In this document: piece after piece, positions 1-10,337 of the stretch | Layout: every line of letters starts with the position of its first letter | Position numbering within the stretch: position 1 is the stretch's first letter | NCBI RefSeq assembly: GCF_000315625.1 | Contig: NW_005434661.1 | Span: 892,345 to 956,344 of the forward strand | DNA: 64,000 bases | Reading direction: 5' to 3' | Source of the DNA: Guillardia theta CCMP2712 | Taxonomy: Eukaryota > Protista > Cryptophyta | The notes under the pieces: generated by a model | Told to the model about the DNA's origin: nothing | The model's input: the letters and a program-made list of their open reading frames with translations, nothing else | Databases searched by the model: none | Position numbers and translations under genes: made by a program

Positions 1-86
1 TTTCATCATAGCTTCCTTCGCGCCCTGGCGGCTTCCCCTACACCGCGCGTGCAGCCATGATGCCTGGAATACCCGGCGCTTTTTGT

Positions 87-102
87 CCTAAACCCTAAAC
101 CC
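87..102 (+). repeat. Short interstitial telomere-like repeat (CCCTAAA)~2
   Basis: cctaaaccctaaaccc; Arabidopsis-type TTTAGGG on the minus strand; very short. Confidence 0.45.
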
Positions 103-2145
103 ATCATCTTCCCTCATCTTAGGAGTCCAGCCGCAGTCGGTCCTTCTTGTCCACCTTCAGCGAGCAGGCCAGCACATGCATCTCTGCGGAATTGCTCAGT
201 GCTATGAACAGGAAGCTAAGAGGTCGACGCTCTGTGTCGTCGCTCTCCGCCTCCTGCTCAAGCTCAGCAGCTGCCGTTGCCCGTGGCGAGAACGCGCTGC
301 CCCTCCTGGCTTTCTTGCTCTCACGCTCTGGGGTCTTCGCCCACTCTCTCAGCGACATGAACTCCAGGCTCAGTCCCCGGAGAGTAGAAGGTGTCGTGGA
401 GGTGTGCACCGCATCCCTTCTTGCTGGCTGGTTTCTCGCTCGTCCAGTCTGCATTCCCACTATACTGTGACTACGCTTATTCCTGGGCAAACATCGATTC
501 TATGGATACCAACGAGAACACACAGAACACCTCACCGTACAGTGTTTGGTACCTACGTCGGTGTGTTGTTAGATGTCGTGTTGGATGTTTTGATTGTGGC
601 GGGAGGGGGTGGGGGGTTTGATGGCTGCCTCCAGTCACTGGGCGTGCTCTGCATACCACATCATCAGCTGGATGCATTTCATCATCTTCTGCCTGCTCGC
701 TCTTTTCCTGATCCTCCTTCCATGTCTCATCGAGTCTCTTAAGAGACCAATCCACGACATTCTGAACACATCTGGAACAAGATCGATTTGTCCTGATTCA
801 ATAATTGACTGGATTGACGGGATGTTGGGTTGCTGTGAAAAGATCGTATTGAAGCCATACACCCTTGGGCCCATAGTGCCACCGCTTATTGCTGTTAACT
901 CCTATCCCGTGCTCACGCCAGTGGTATCCTCCCCAGGAGTGGTCGCTTTGCAGCCTCCTGTCCTTCATCAGACTCAGATACCTGTCTCCCCGTTTTGAAC
1001 AACACTGGTATCCTTTACTATCCTGCAGCCACGATATGTTGCTCACAACGTCTGTCGTGATCATGGGGATTTACACTAGCCCACGCTTGTTTCAAGATCG
1101 CATCAAAGAGAGCTTGTTTTAGAGTGAGCTCGAGTTTGGATGGTAAAAACAAAAAAGACAAGCGGATGGAATGTTTTCTTGTTCGATTGCCTGTTCAAAA
1201 ACTGGCAATGGAGTCCCACTTGCGTCACAAGTACCGATGGTAGGATGAGATAGCTGCGTCATTGCAGCATGCAGCTCAGGAATTTTCCCTCGTAGCTGAG
1301 TCATTTTGAACCTTCACCCTGAGGCCTTGATGATAGAGTCACGCATCTGTGTGCAAAATGTTTGGCCTACGTCAGCCTGCCACTTGCCCTGTGATGAACA
1401 AGACGAGGAGCACAATATAGAGCCAGAGATCATCGACCGCTGGGAGCTGCGTGTCCTAGTAGAAATTGATTTGATCCAGGCCATACACGCACATCCCATC
1501 ATACCTTGCGCCTAATATGCGTGATCGAGGTAGAGAAATCGTGTACGCGATCTTCTTGTTCCTCGTAGTGAACGAGCAAGTCACAACCAGGCGATGGCAA
1601 AGATGGAATTGGCTGCAAGGCATAACATGCGCCTACAACAACGCCTGATGCGCACGGGTGCGTCCGCATTAATCGTGCTCACTTGTTTTGTTCGGATTTA
1701 CAAACACGCCTTCCTTCAGTCGTGATGCTACACTTGCAGTATCCCGACGAAGAAGAAGCCGCAATCATCGTGGCAACTCATCAGTTACCAGATCAATCGA
1801 TCATCCAATGCACAACACGGTCAAGTTTACTAATCTTGCGCTGCACTCACCTCCTCATTCATACCCACAGCCAAACTCGCTCCTCTAATCCAATGAAGAA
1901 CTGAACAAGCAGCGTTGTTGTATCAAGCTATTTTCAGTTGATTGATAGCTGGGGGGCAAATACGAACGCGTCTGAGAAGCGAACATCGCGCAGAACAAAT
2001 ATCAAATTACTCTCTTGACCCAGACTAGGATAAACGTAGAGCTACTATATGTGACTCTATTGCTTTTTTTCTTATATTATAACGTCGCAGGTTATACGAC
2101 AGGGACAGCTTCCTAAGGTCCGCAAGGCCCCTAATCTGAGGCGGC

Positions 2146-2518
2146 CGGGTAGAGAAAGAGATCAAGAGTGTAGAGGATCCGAGGAGGCATGCAGAACTTC
2201 GTGAAGACAAGGAGCAGCTTCGCACAAAAGAGGAGCAGCTTCGCAAAGACAAGAAGCAGCCAGAGTCAGATGCTGGGCTTGATCGCGTCGGCTTGTGCAA
2301 TGACAAGAAATACTTCCGTGTAGATACCTCTTACTTGATGGTGGTCGGCGATGGGAACAGCCGACAAGAGCGTCTGCTCTATTGCCGAGAAGCCTTCTTG
2401 AAGCAGCATACTTTCCTGAGAGAGCGGGTGCTTGACCGAGGGCACTGACGGCGACGTTATCCTTCTTGTCAGGCTGAATGCTGTAGCAGACGGCTTTTGT
2501 GTTCAGGTCGCAGGTAGT
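2146..2518 (+). pseudogene. Condensed, multiply deleted fragment of the family-1 Crinkler-like gene, inverted relative to the intact gene
   Basis: Blocks identical to the reverse complement of ~4240-4910 (EKEIKSV, DPRRHAELREDKEQLR, ESDAGLDR...RERVL, TATLSFL, RLNAVADGFCVQVAGS) with the intervening stretches missing. Confidence 0.9.
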
Positions 2519-3019
2519 GAGGCCGACAGACCGTCCAAGGCTGCCGTTTCCTTGTTTGGCGAGGCTTTCACTTTGCTCCGAGCCAGGTCCGGTCACTGGG
2601 CACCGCAGCCCGTTATGGAGTACACTGATCAAAGATTTAAGTTAGGAGTGAGATGCCGCGTCACCTGCAAGGCGTTCCTGGCACTAGGCCGATGGCACGG
2701 GTTAATCCTGGATTTCAGCGTGTCACACGTATTTGACAAGGATGGGATTAGCCCGAATACTGCGGCAACGAGAAAACTCTTGGAGGGATTGAGCAGTGTT
2801 TCCTCGTTGTACGCCGAGATGCCTTGCTATATCAAGCCATGTCATCAAAGAAGTGTGGTGGCTGGCGGAGCGCCCAGCACCATTCTGAAATGAAAAGATC
2901 CTTGCAGTGTGGGAGGCGTGAAAGAGCGCCTCCGGGACCCTCCATGAGTCGTCTTGTATCTCTCTGTTTTTGTATCAATGAAATCTCAAAGCATTACTCT
3001 ACTCTGCTTGGACTCCTCC

Positions 3020-5200
3020 TCAGTTCAAAGGTGGAAACGCAACCTTCGCCTTCTTCTTCTCCTCGCCTTTCTTCCATCCATATCCCTCCAGCGCCCCACA
3101 GTCTTCGACAGGGCTTATCCGGAACACCGGCATCCTCTGATTCGGGATGAGGAAGATGATCTCCACCTTCCATGCACGACCTGGAGGAATGCCGAGGGCC
3201 GTGAGAGCATCCAGGAAGAAAGAAAGCTTCAGAGCATGCTTCTCTCTCACGGTTACCTGCACAAACACTGCCTTCTTGGCATTCTTGTCTACGATCAATG
3301 CATCGTATCCTCCCTGAAGCTCGCTGATCGGCCTAAAGCATACCGCAGTGCGAGGGAGAGAATGATTGCCTTGCAGCGGATCAAAGAACACGACGCTATG
3401 TCCTTTCCAAGGCCGAGCCTCACGTGGTCTGTTATGTGATCTGCGGTAAGTCAATCTCAAGCCCCGTTGCACCTCCTTGAAAAAGATCATCTCGAATAAG
3501 CATCCCTTCACTGCCGCATTGGATATGCTGTATTTGGAAAAAACTCTCTTCAACTCCTCTGCTTCAATTTCGTGCATAAGCTTCCAGGAAATATACTCGC
3601 TTGCTGGCAACCACCTTACTTCACCGTCGATCACGAAAGTTGCTATCAAGCGATTGACCAACTGCGTCGAAGAAGCGCCTATGTTGCCCCTGAAGATAAG
3701 CTCCAGATCTGGAACACTCCGAAACGCTTGATGGATAAACTTAACCACATCGTACGCGCTCATTTCGAACATGTGCCGACACGACCCACCAGCGAGGTAA
3801 TGCTTCTGCCTGACCCGCGCTTCTTTCGACCTACCCAACTGCATCTTCTTGATACCCAATCTGCTCAGATCCAGCAGACCCAGATCCATCTCCAACATGG
3901 ATTCTACTTCCTCATAAAACTCGTCTGACTGCACTGCCTGCAAGTATTCATCAATGGTCCAGGAGACGACGAGATGCTCTTCCAACTGCAGCAGCTTATC
4001 CTCGTGATAGTAAATTTTGTCCCTAGAAGCCATGGATGTCACCACCACCAACCGTCGATTGCTTCTGTCGATGTCACGCCACCTTCTGCATGCATCAAAG
4101 GCTTCCCAATGATTTGGTTGGTGTCCTAAGAACCCATCCAGTACAACGAAACGCCTGTTGCCGTTGGACCATTCTCTGAGCAACGTCTCCACCAGCTTCC
4201 CGGCAGTTATCCTCTCGATTACGCATGTTCGTCTCGTACTACCTGCGACCTGAACACAAAAGCCGTCTGCTACAGCATTCAGCCTGATGAATGTCACACT
4301 CCATTCGTTCATGTCCAGCATCAACAAGAAGGATAACGTCGCCGTCGTCTTTCCTGTCCCTGGCGAGCCCATTATCCACCCAAGGGCACCCCTGTCCAGC
4401 ACCCGCTCTCTCAGGAAAGTATGCTGCTTCAAGAAGGCTTCTCGGCAATAGAGCAGACGCTCTTGTCGGCTGTTCCCATCGCCGACCACCATCAAGTAAG
4501 AGGTATCTACACGGAAGTATTTCTTGTCATTGCACAAGCCGACGCGATCAAGCCCAGCATCTGACTCTGTCCAAGCAATGCTCGCTCCCGACAAGGGACT
4601 CTTCTGAAGGCTGCCCTCTCTGAATAAAAGCAGCTGTCGAAGCTGCTCCTTGTCTTTGCGAAGCTGCTCCTCTTTCTTGCGAAGCTGCTTCTTGTCTTTG
4701 CGAAGCTGCTCCTCCTTCTTGCGAAGCTGCTCCTTGTCTTCACGAAGTTCTGCATGCCTCCTCGGATCCTGTTGCCCTACACTCTTGATCTCTTTCTCTA
4801 CAACCTGAATATCGTTCTCTACACTCTTGATCTCTTTCTCTACACTCTTGATCTCTTTCTTTACACTCTTGATCTCCTTCTGTAACCCCTTGATCTCTTT
4901 CTCTACCCCCTTTTCGGAGCTCTCATCTCCTCCGCGCAGAGTGAGACATTCTCGGACATTACCAATATTCCGTAGGTCACTCTCAGGGTTGTCTAGCAAA
5001 GTTTGTGCAGACCTTGTTTGGAATCCTCCGCTCAAACATGTCAAAGGTGTCAAAGATCTAGCAACCTCGAAGGCCCCACAAAAGCTTCCGTCCAGCTCCC
5101 TCCCATCAGCGAACTGCACGTTTGCCGGTCTCTTGAAGCATGCGAAGAGGACAAGCAAACCACGCATGGCAGGTACCGGCACAGCGGAGGCAGGCGCCAT
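3020..5200 (-). CDS. Crinkler-like effector family 1: N-terminal hydrophobic leader, heptad coiled-coil repeats, P-loop NTPase, C-terminal restriction-endonuclease-fold domain
   Basis: 726-aa intronless ORF; Walker A GSPGTGKT, Walker B FVVLDG, YLAGGSCR, then GCLFE...GGYDAL...FVQVTVREKH, matching the CR-NTPase+CR-REase motif order. Confidence 0.8.
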   Translation of the reverse strand: MAPASAVPVPAMRGLLVLFACFKRPANVQFADGRELDGSFCGAFEVARSLTPLTCLSGGFQTRSAQTLLDNPESDLRNIGNVRECLTLRGGDESSEKGVEKEIKGLQKEIKSVKKEIKSVEKEIKSVENDIQVVEKEIKSVGQQDPRRHAELREDKEQLRKKEEQLRKDKKQLRKKEEQLRKDKEQLRQLLLFREGSLQKSPLSGASIAWTESDAGLDRVGLCNDKKYFRVDTSYLMVVGDGNSRQERLLYCREAFLKQHTFLRERVLDRGALGWIMGSPGTGKTTATLSFLLMLDMNEWSVTFIRLNAVADGFCVQVAGSTRRTCVIERITAGKLVETLLREWSNGNRRFVVLDGFLGHQPNHWEAFDACRRWRDIDRSNRRLVVVTSMASRDKIYYHEDKLLQLEEHLVVSWTIDEYLQAVQSDEFYEEVESMLEMDLGLLDLSRLGIKKMQLGRSKEARVRQKHYLAGGSCRHMFEMSAYDVVKFIHQAFRSVPDLELIFRGNIGASSTQLVNRLIATFVIDGEVRWLPASEYISWKLMHEIEAEELKRVFSKYSISNAAVKGCLFEMIFFKEVQRGLRLTYRRSHNRPREARPWKGHSVVFFDPLQGNHSLPRTAVCFRPISELQGGYDALIVDKNAKKAVFVQVTVREKHALKLSFFLDALTALGIPPGRAWKVEIIFLIPNQRMPVFRISPVEDCGALEGYGWKKGEEKKKAKVAFPPLN

Positions 5201-5208
5201 CTCATCGG

Positions 5209-5965
5209 TCTTTACTCAAAGTTAAGTTAAAAATCAGTACGACGACAATCAATTTTAGAGCTGCGCGTCCGATCTCAGGCCCAGTTCCCGGGCCTTCCTG
5301 AGCCTTCAAGCCGCTGATCACGGTTCATCACTGAGGCCAGTTTTTCCGCCGGGAAGGCCCTTACCTCTTGTAGTAGCACCACCCCACTGGGTTGGAAGGA
5401 TCGGACTGAATTAACGGTTTGAGAGCAAAGTGTCGGGCCTTTATATCCTCAGGCTTGGGCCGGGTTGCCGCCGCAGCTTCCGACATGGAGGTCGCCGGCC
5501 GCGCCGGTAGGATTGCGATTGGCTGTACTTTCCGAGTTCTCAGGCTTATAGTACTGCCGTCTTTAATCGTTGCTAGCCAGTCTTGATTTGTCTGGCACGT
5601 TCCACCGTTGTTCCCATGATGATCCCTCGTGATCAATTCTGAGTCCGATCCGATGTCCGAGTCCTCACTCATCAGGCTTGTTGAGCAGTCACAGTGATAT
5701 TTTCTGGTAGGAATCCACTGATTCTTCTGTGATTCCGGGCACTAATGTGTTTAAATTCTTTGTTGCCTTGTCTGTTCAACGGTTCGACCAGGGCCCGGAA
5801 TCTCCGAGGCTCGATCCAGTCAAAGAAACCGTTGAGTGATTGATAGTTACTAGTGAAAGTTGAAGTCAGGGCCCGGCCTGGTCACACTAATAAATCATAG
5901 AACCAAAGCCTCCCTGCGGGCTTCTTTACTCAAAGTTAAGTTAAAAATCAGTACGAGGACAATCA
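5209..5965 (+). repeat. ~43-bp direct repeat (5209-5251 and 5923-5965) between the divergent Crinkler-like genes
   Basis: tctttactcaaagttaagttaaaaatcagtacga(c/g)gacaatca at both sites; the first copy lies immediately upstream of the 5200 ATG. Confidence 0.8.
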
Positions 5966-6259
5966 GGAGAGTCGAGGAGGCTTGACCCTGACACTGTCGC
6001 ACAGGCCAAACGGCCGCCCGGCGAGAAGAGAAAAGACAGCGAGAACCAAACCTAATCCTGCCGACTGCTGTCCCCCAAACTTAACTGATACCTTCACTTA
6101 ACGGCGCGCAGGACAAGTCCCCCGCGCGGCCAAAGCCTCAGTACGGACGGGTTCGTCAACACCCCATAAAAGTTTGTTTTTTCCCGAGGACTGCCCCCCT
6201 TTTTTTTGCGTGGTTGGAGTAGCGGCTTTCGCTGCCTTTTTTCATTTCCTAGTATTATA

Positions 6260-6331
6260 TTGAGGCGGGTTTGTAGGCTTTATCATCGTCCTCCTTTGTT
6301 TGCTCCGGTTTGCCTTTTCTTTTCAGTCAAT
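6260..6331 (+). promoter_or_regulatory. Conserved upstream motif, copy 1 (related copy at 15434-15505)
   Basis: ttgaggcgggtttgtagg...ttgtttgctccggtttgc...gtcaat shared; both copies lie just 5' of an ORF start; function inferred. Confidence 0.4.
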
Positions 6332-6375
6332 AAAAAGCTTTAAAAAATAATAGAGTTGGGAGTTGGTTCCGAAAC

Positions 6376-8730
6376 ATGCCGAAGCGCCGAAGGACCGAGG
6401 ATCCAGACGACAGCAAGAGAGACTTAGTGAGCTTGCTGCTCGAGTCTGTCTCACAAACTCATGATATGATCAAGAGCTGCAAAGGCAAGGAGCAGATGCA
6501 ATGGCTGACTACACAACTTGAGAAGAAGGAGCTCGAGCTGAAGAATGCGGTTGAGAAGAAGGAGCTCGAGCAGAAGTATGCGGTTGAGAAGAAGGAGCTC
6601 GAGCAGAAGTATGCGGTTGAGAAGAAGGAGCGCGAGCAGAAGTATGCGGTTGAGAAGAAGGAGCTCGAGCAGAAGATCGAGAGCTGCAAAAACCAGGAGC
6701 AGATGCAGAAGTATGCGGTTGAGAAGAAGGAGCTCGAGCAGAAGTATGCGGTTGAGAAGATGGAGCGCGAGCAGAAGTATGCGGTTGAGAAGAAGGAGCG
6801 CGAGCAGAAGTATGCGGTTGAGAAGAAGGAGCTCGAGCAGAAGATCGAGAGCTGCAAAAACCAGGAGCAGATGCAGAAGTATGCGGTTGAGAAGAAGGAG
6901 CTCGAGCAGAAGTATGCGGTTGAGAAGATGGAGCTCGAGCAGAAGTATGCGGTTGAGAAGAAGGAGCTCAAGCAGAAGATCGAGAGCTGCAAAAACCAGG
7001 AGCAGAAGCGAAGGCTGACTACACAACTTGAGACGAAGGAGAGCGAGCTGAAGAATGCGGTTGAGACCAAGGAGCGCGAGCTCAAAGTGGAGAAGAAGGA
7101 GCTCGAGCAGAAATTCTTGATTCACAATTATATGGCTGGAGGTCGCTTACAGACAGGAGAAATAATGAAGTCGACTTCCGTGATTGATGCAATGGAGGAT
7201 CGTTTTGTGTACGATGAAACGAAGTTGTTTTTGGATATATCGGCAGACAGTGGGAAGGAGTCTGGGTTACGAGCATTTGAGGACGAGGATGTAAAGGAGA
7301 AGGGCATGAGAATTTTCTGCAGAAAGGGACTTCGGGAGCAGATGGACTTCATGCAAAAAAGAGTCATGCAAGCAGGAAGTTTGGGCTGGGTGTTGGGGGC
7401 ACCAGGGACGGGAAAGTCTCTTACAGGCCTTGCATTCGCACTCTCCATTGACAGGGAGGTCTGGGGGGTGAGTTGGATGCATATCTCTCCTTATCCTGCA
7501 AAGGCTGTTCAGTGGATCGCTGCAAGGAAAACTGTATATGAAGCTGAATTGCAGACGACAAATGATGACTTTCTGTATGCTCTTCTGAATGGTGTGGATG
7601 ATGATTCTCAGCATGTATTCGTACTGGATGGTTTCCTGCAAGACTCGCACAAAATGTTGCAGCATATGTTGATGAGATGGCGTGAAAAAAAGAAAGAGAA
7701 TAGAAGAGTGCTCTTTATTTCATCGATGCAGACCAGGTACAAGGTGAAGTGGGAAGATGATCAGGTTTGGGGCGTGGAGGTATTTCTCCTTGAGTCATGG
7801 AGACTGGAAGAGTATCAAGAGGCAGTGATGGACGACCTGTTCTACTCTTCTGTTGAAAGGAAATTAGATGCAAACTTGTCTCGAGGATCGGTTGCTCAAC
7901 GGTCATTTTCGAGCAATCTGAGCCGAGAAGATCGAATACTGTCCAAGTATTATTATGCAGGAGGATCATCAAGATACATGTTTCAGATGAGTAGTCAACA
8001 GATTATCGACGACGTTTCTAACACTATCAAAAACGTGGGATTTCTTGAAACACTCTCCACAAAGATAGGGCAGTACAGTGGGGCTGCAATCAATCGACTC
8101 TTTTCGATATACAAGGATCAAGACAAGTCAGAATATACTGTATTCTTAAGCAGGTATCTTACAGAGAAGATTTGCGTTCAAACAGGGTGTGAACAATTTA
8201 CACGGTCTTTGGTGCATTTCTGCACAATGTATCATCCAGTTGCCAAAGGACTCATGCTTGAAGATTTGTTCTTCATGGTGGTACATCACCAAGGTTTGGC
8301 ATTGCACGTGCGAGGTGAAGACGCGCAAGAAGCTTGGCAGGCTGCCCCTGTCGTGACTTGCTTGATACCTCTTACGAAAGGAGTGGTGGAGAGTCAGAGC
8401 TGCGACTTTTGGGTGCGACCACCTGATTTCAACCATCCAGGATATGATGGGGTGTTTCTTAGTAGAAGCAGGAAATTAGTACGGTTTGTACAAGTAACCG
8501 CAGCAAAAGATGATGATCTGAAACTACAATATTTCAAGGAACTCATTGACAATCTTGTTTTAGTAGGATTTCCGGTTCAACGAATAGAAATTTGTTTCAT
8601 CGTGCTCCGTAAGGATCTAGAGTGTTTCAAAGTTTCGAAGGTCTTTGGTCAAGGATCTCTTGAGCAATATGGTTTTGCGAAAGGAAAGGAGCGAAGATCT
8701 ATCAGGGTGATGGGTGTTGAGCTTATCTAA
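6376..8730 (+). CDS. Crinkler-like effector family 2: basic NLS-like N-terminus, 11-aa coiled-coil tandem repeats, P-loop NTPase, restriction-endonuclease-fold domain
   Basis: 784-aa intronless ORF; MPKRRR, (KKELEQKYAVE)n, GAPGTGKS, FVLDG, YYYAGGSSR, GLMLE...GYDGVF...FVQVTAAKD. Confidence 0.8.
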   Translation: MPKRRRTEDPDDSKRDLVSLLLESVSQTHDMIKSCKGKEQMQWLTTQLEKKELELKNAVEKKELEQKYAVEKKELEQKYAVEKKEREQKYAVEKKELEQKIESCKNQEQMQKYAVEKKELEQKYAVEKMEREQKYAVEKKEREQKYAVEKKELEQKIESCKNQEQMQKYAVEKKELEQKYAVEKMELEQKYAVEKKELKQKIESCKNQEQKRRLTTQLETKESELKNAVETKERELKVEKKELEQKFLIHNYMAGGRLQTGEIMKSTSVIDAMEDRFVYDETKLFLDISADSGKESGLRAFEDEDVKEKGMRIFCRKGLREQMDFMQKRVMQAGSLGWVLGAPGTGKSLTGLAFALSIDREVWGVSWMHISPYPAKAVQWIAARKTVYEAELQTTNDDFLYALLNGVDDDSQHVFVLDGFLQDSHKMLQHMLMRWREKKKENRRVLFISSMQTRYKVKWEDDQVWGVEVFLLESWRLEEYQEAVMDDLFYSSVERKLDANLSRGSVAQRSFSSNLSREDRILSKYYYAGGSSRYMFQMSSQQIIDDVSNTIKNVGFLETLSTKIGQYSGAAINRLFSIYKDQDKSEYTVFLSRYLTEKICVQTGCEQFTRSLVHFCTMYHPVAKGLMLEDLFFMVVHHQGLALHVRGEDAQEAWQAAPVVTCLIPLTKGVVESQSCDFWVRPPDFNHPGYDGVFLSRSRKLVRFVQVTAAKDDDLKLQYFKELIDNLVLVGFPVQRIEICFIVLRKDLECFKVSKVFGQGSLEQYGFAKGKERRSIRVMGVELI
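6520..7112 (+). repeat. 33-bp coding tandem repeat (gagaagaaggagctcgagcagaagtatgcggtt) with higher-order units
   Basis: Directly visible; the unit arrangement differs in the copy at ~44970-45643. Confidence 0.95.
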
Positions 8731-9022
8731 TTGGACACTCCCATCATTTCAATATTTCAGTGGTGCTGAGTACCTGGAATTGAATCTGTTGAAGCAATCA
8801 TACTTCAGTAAACATGTTTGAACCTAGAATTAGTATGACTTTTCTTGCAAATACACATTCTAGTCATCTCTCTTTCTTCACCCTGATTCTCCTGTCACTG
8901 TCCGATCTCTGGCTCAACACTACGCTTCGTAACTCTGGAAACATATCTTCGTAATTCTGGAAAGCATTCGACACTGCATCAAAGCCTGTTCATATTGTCG
9001 ACGGGCTTTCAAAGACATCGAC

Positions 9023-10337
9023 TTGAAAACTGTACAGAATTATGCAGTGTTCACTGACGCAATGGTGCTGAAATTGTTACATTTTCTGCAAAACATCGGG
9101 CACGAAACGTTGAAGATAAGCGACACCGATGATAGCTTGCTACAAGTAGCGGCTAGTTATCTCAAGCTGAGCCAGCATACCATCAACACTTCTCATGTAC
9201 GAGCAAAGTTTACGCTTCTAGGTGACCTCTTTGGACAGAATGCAGAGGGCTTCAAAAATTGTTTCCATCATTACTTCACCTCGTTTCGACATGGAGCAGA
9301 TGCTAAAATGCATCATGATAAATTCCAGCTGCACATAGACGCGCAAAAGCTTCGAAGTCAAGCAAAGAATCATCGGCAAAAGCACAAGTCATTTTGTAAG
9401 AAAATCAGACATTGGGCCACCTCGCACTATGACACTGTTGGTGAGCTACAAGAGCAAATACACGATCATCACTTAAGGTAACCAGCGAGCTGGAATGCAC
9501 CAGAGTACTGACATGCCACCATGCAGGTATGTAAGGCCTGAACATATTAGCCAAGACCAGAACAGAACGATTGATTACAGATGGATTGGGAGAATTTGAT
9601 CCAAACAAGAGTAGGTTTCAATTCAACGAGTACTTGTCAAACCCTCAGTTATCTCTCCAACAACAAAGAAGCTACTTTTCTTTGCGCCATGTATCAATCA
9701 TTTACTGAAGAATGTCAGGCACACGGTTGGCTCGGGGAGACACCCGACTGCACAGCAAGAGGCTAAACAAGGGCATGCTGCGTACACTGATATTTCCAAG
9801 AAGAATTCGTCATGGCTAACGCAGCTGGAAGTCGATGGGTGCACGGACCCTCAATCAATGGATATCATGTCAAAAATGTTCAGCAGCAAGGCCATATCGC
9901 TTCTGAATGCAGAGGGACACATTGGAACAGCAAGAATGGCAGAAGCAATGAACGGCCTTCACATCCTCACCAAGTCTGAAAGAAGAAATCTCATTCTTAG
10001 GGCTCGAACCTGGCTTCTAAGAGATGTGGATTGGATGAGTGTGGGCAAGAAGCACATGAGGGGGTTGTCATCAGGTGTGTTGGGTGAACAGGAGTATGAC
10101 TTCAATGCACGGACGCTGTGCACAGACAGCGTTGAAAACCTCTGGCCTTTGATAGGTCATTTGAACAAGAAAGATTTCTTGAGGATATTCAACAAAGCAT
10201 GCACTGAGCTCTCAAAAAAATTCGATTACAATCTGCATTTTGTGTATGACCACCAAAAAAGCGAATCATTCTTGGAAACAACGCGGGGAGAAGAAGCTTT
10301 TCAACGCAGAAGAAGGAACACGGGACAAAAAGAATGA
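9023..10337 (+). pseudogene. Fragmented ORFs of unknown function (9023-9481, 9858-10337), duplicated at 47554-48868
   Basis: Protein-like composition on one strand, interrupted by stops; no recognisable motif. Confidence 0.3.

Larger units (their letters stand above)
1099..5439 (-). repeat. Left arm of ~4.3 kb inverted segmental duplication (partner 16254-20533 plus 23939-23964)
   Basis: ORF track mirrors on the opposite strand; near-identical sequence with a few SNPs, a 21-bp repeat-unit difference and a ~19-bp indel. Confidence 0.95.

Noticed and set aside
6451-7125. Long Leu-, Ser- or Arg-rich ORFs overlapping the family-2 repeats (also 44904-45656)
   Set aside because: Alternative-frame shadows of a stop-poor 33-bp coding repeat
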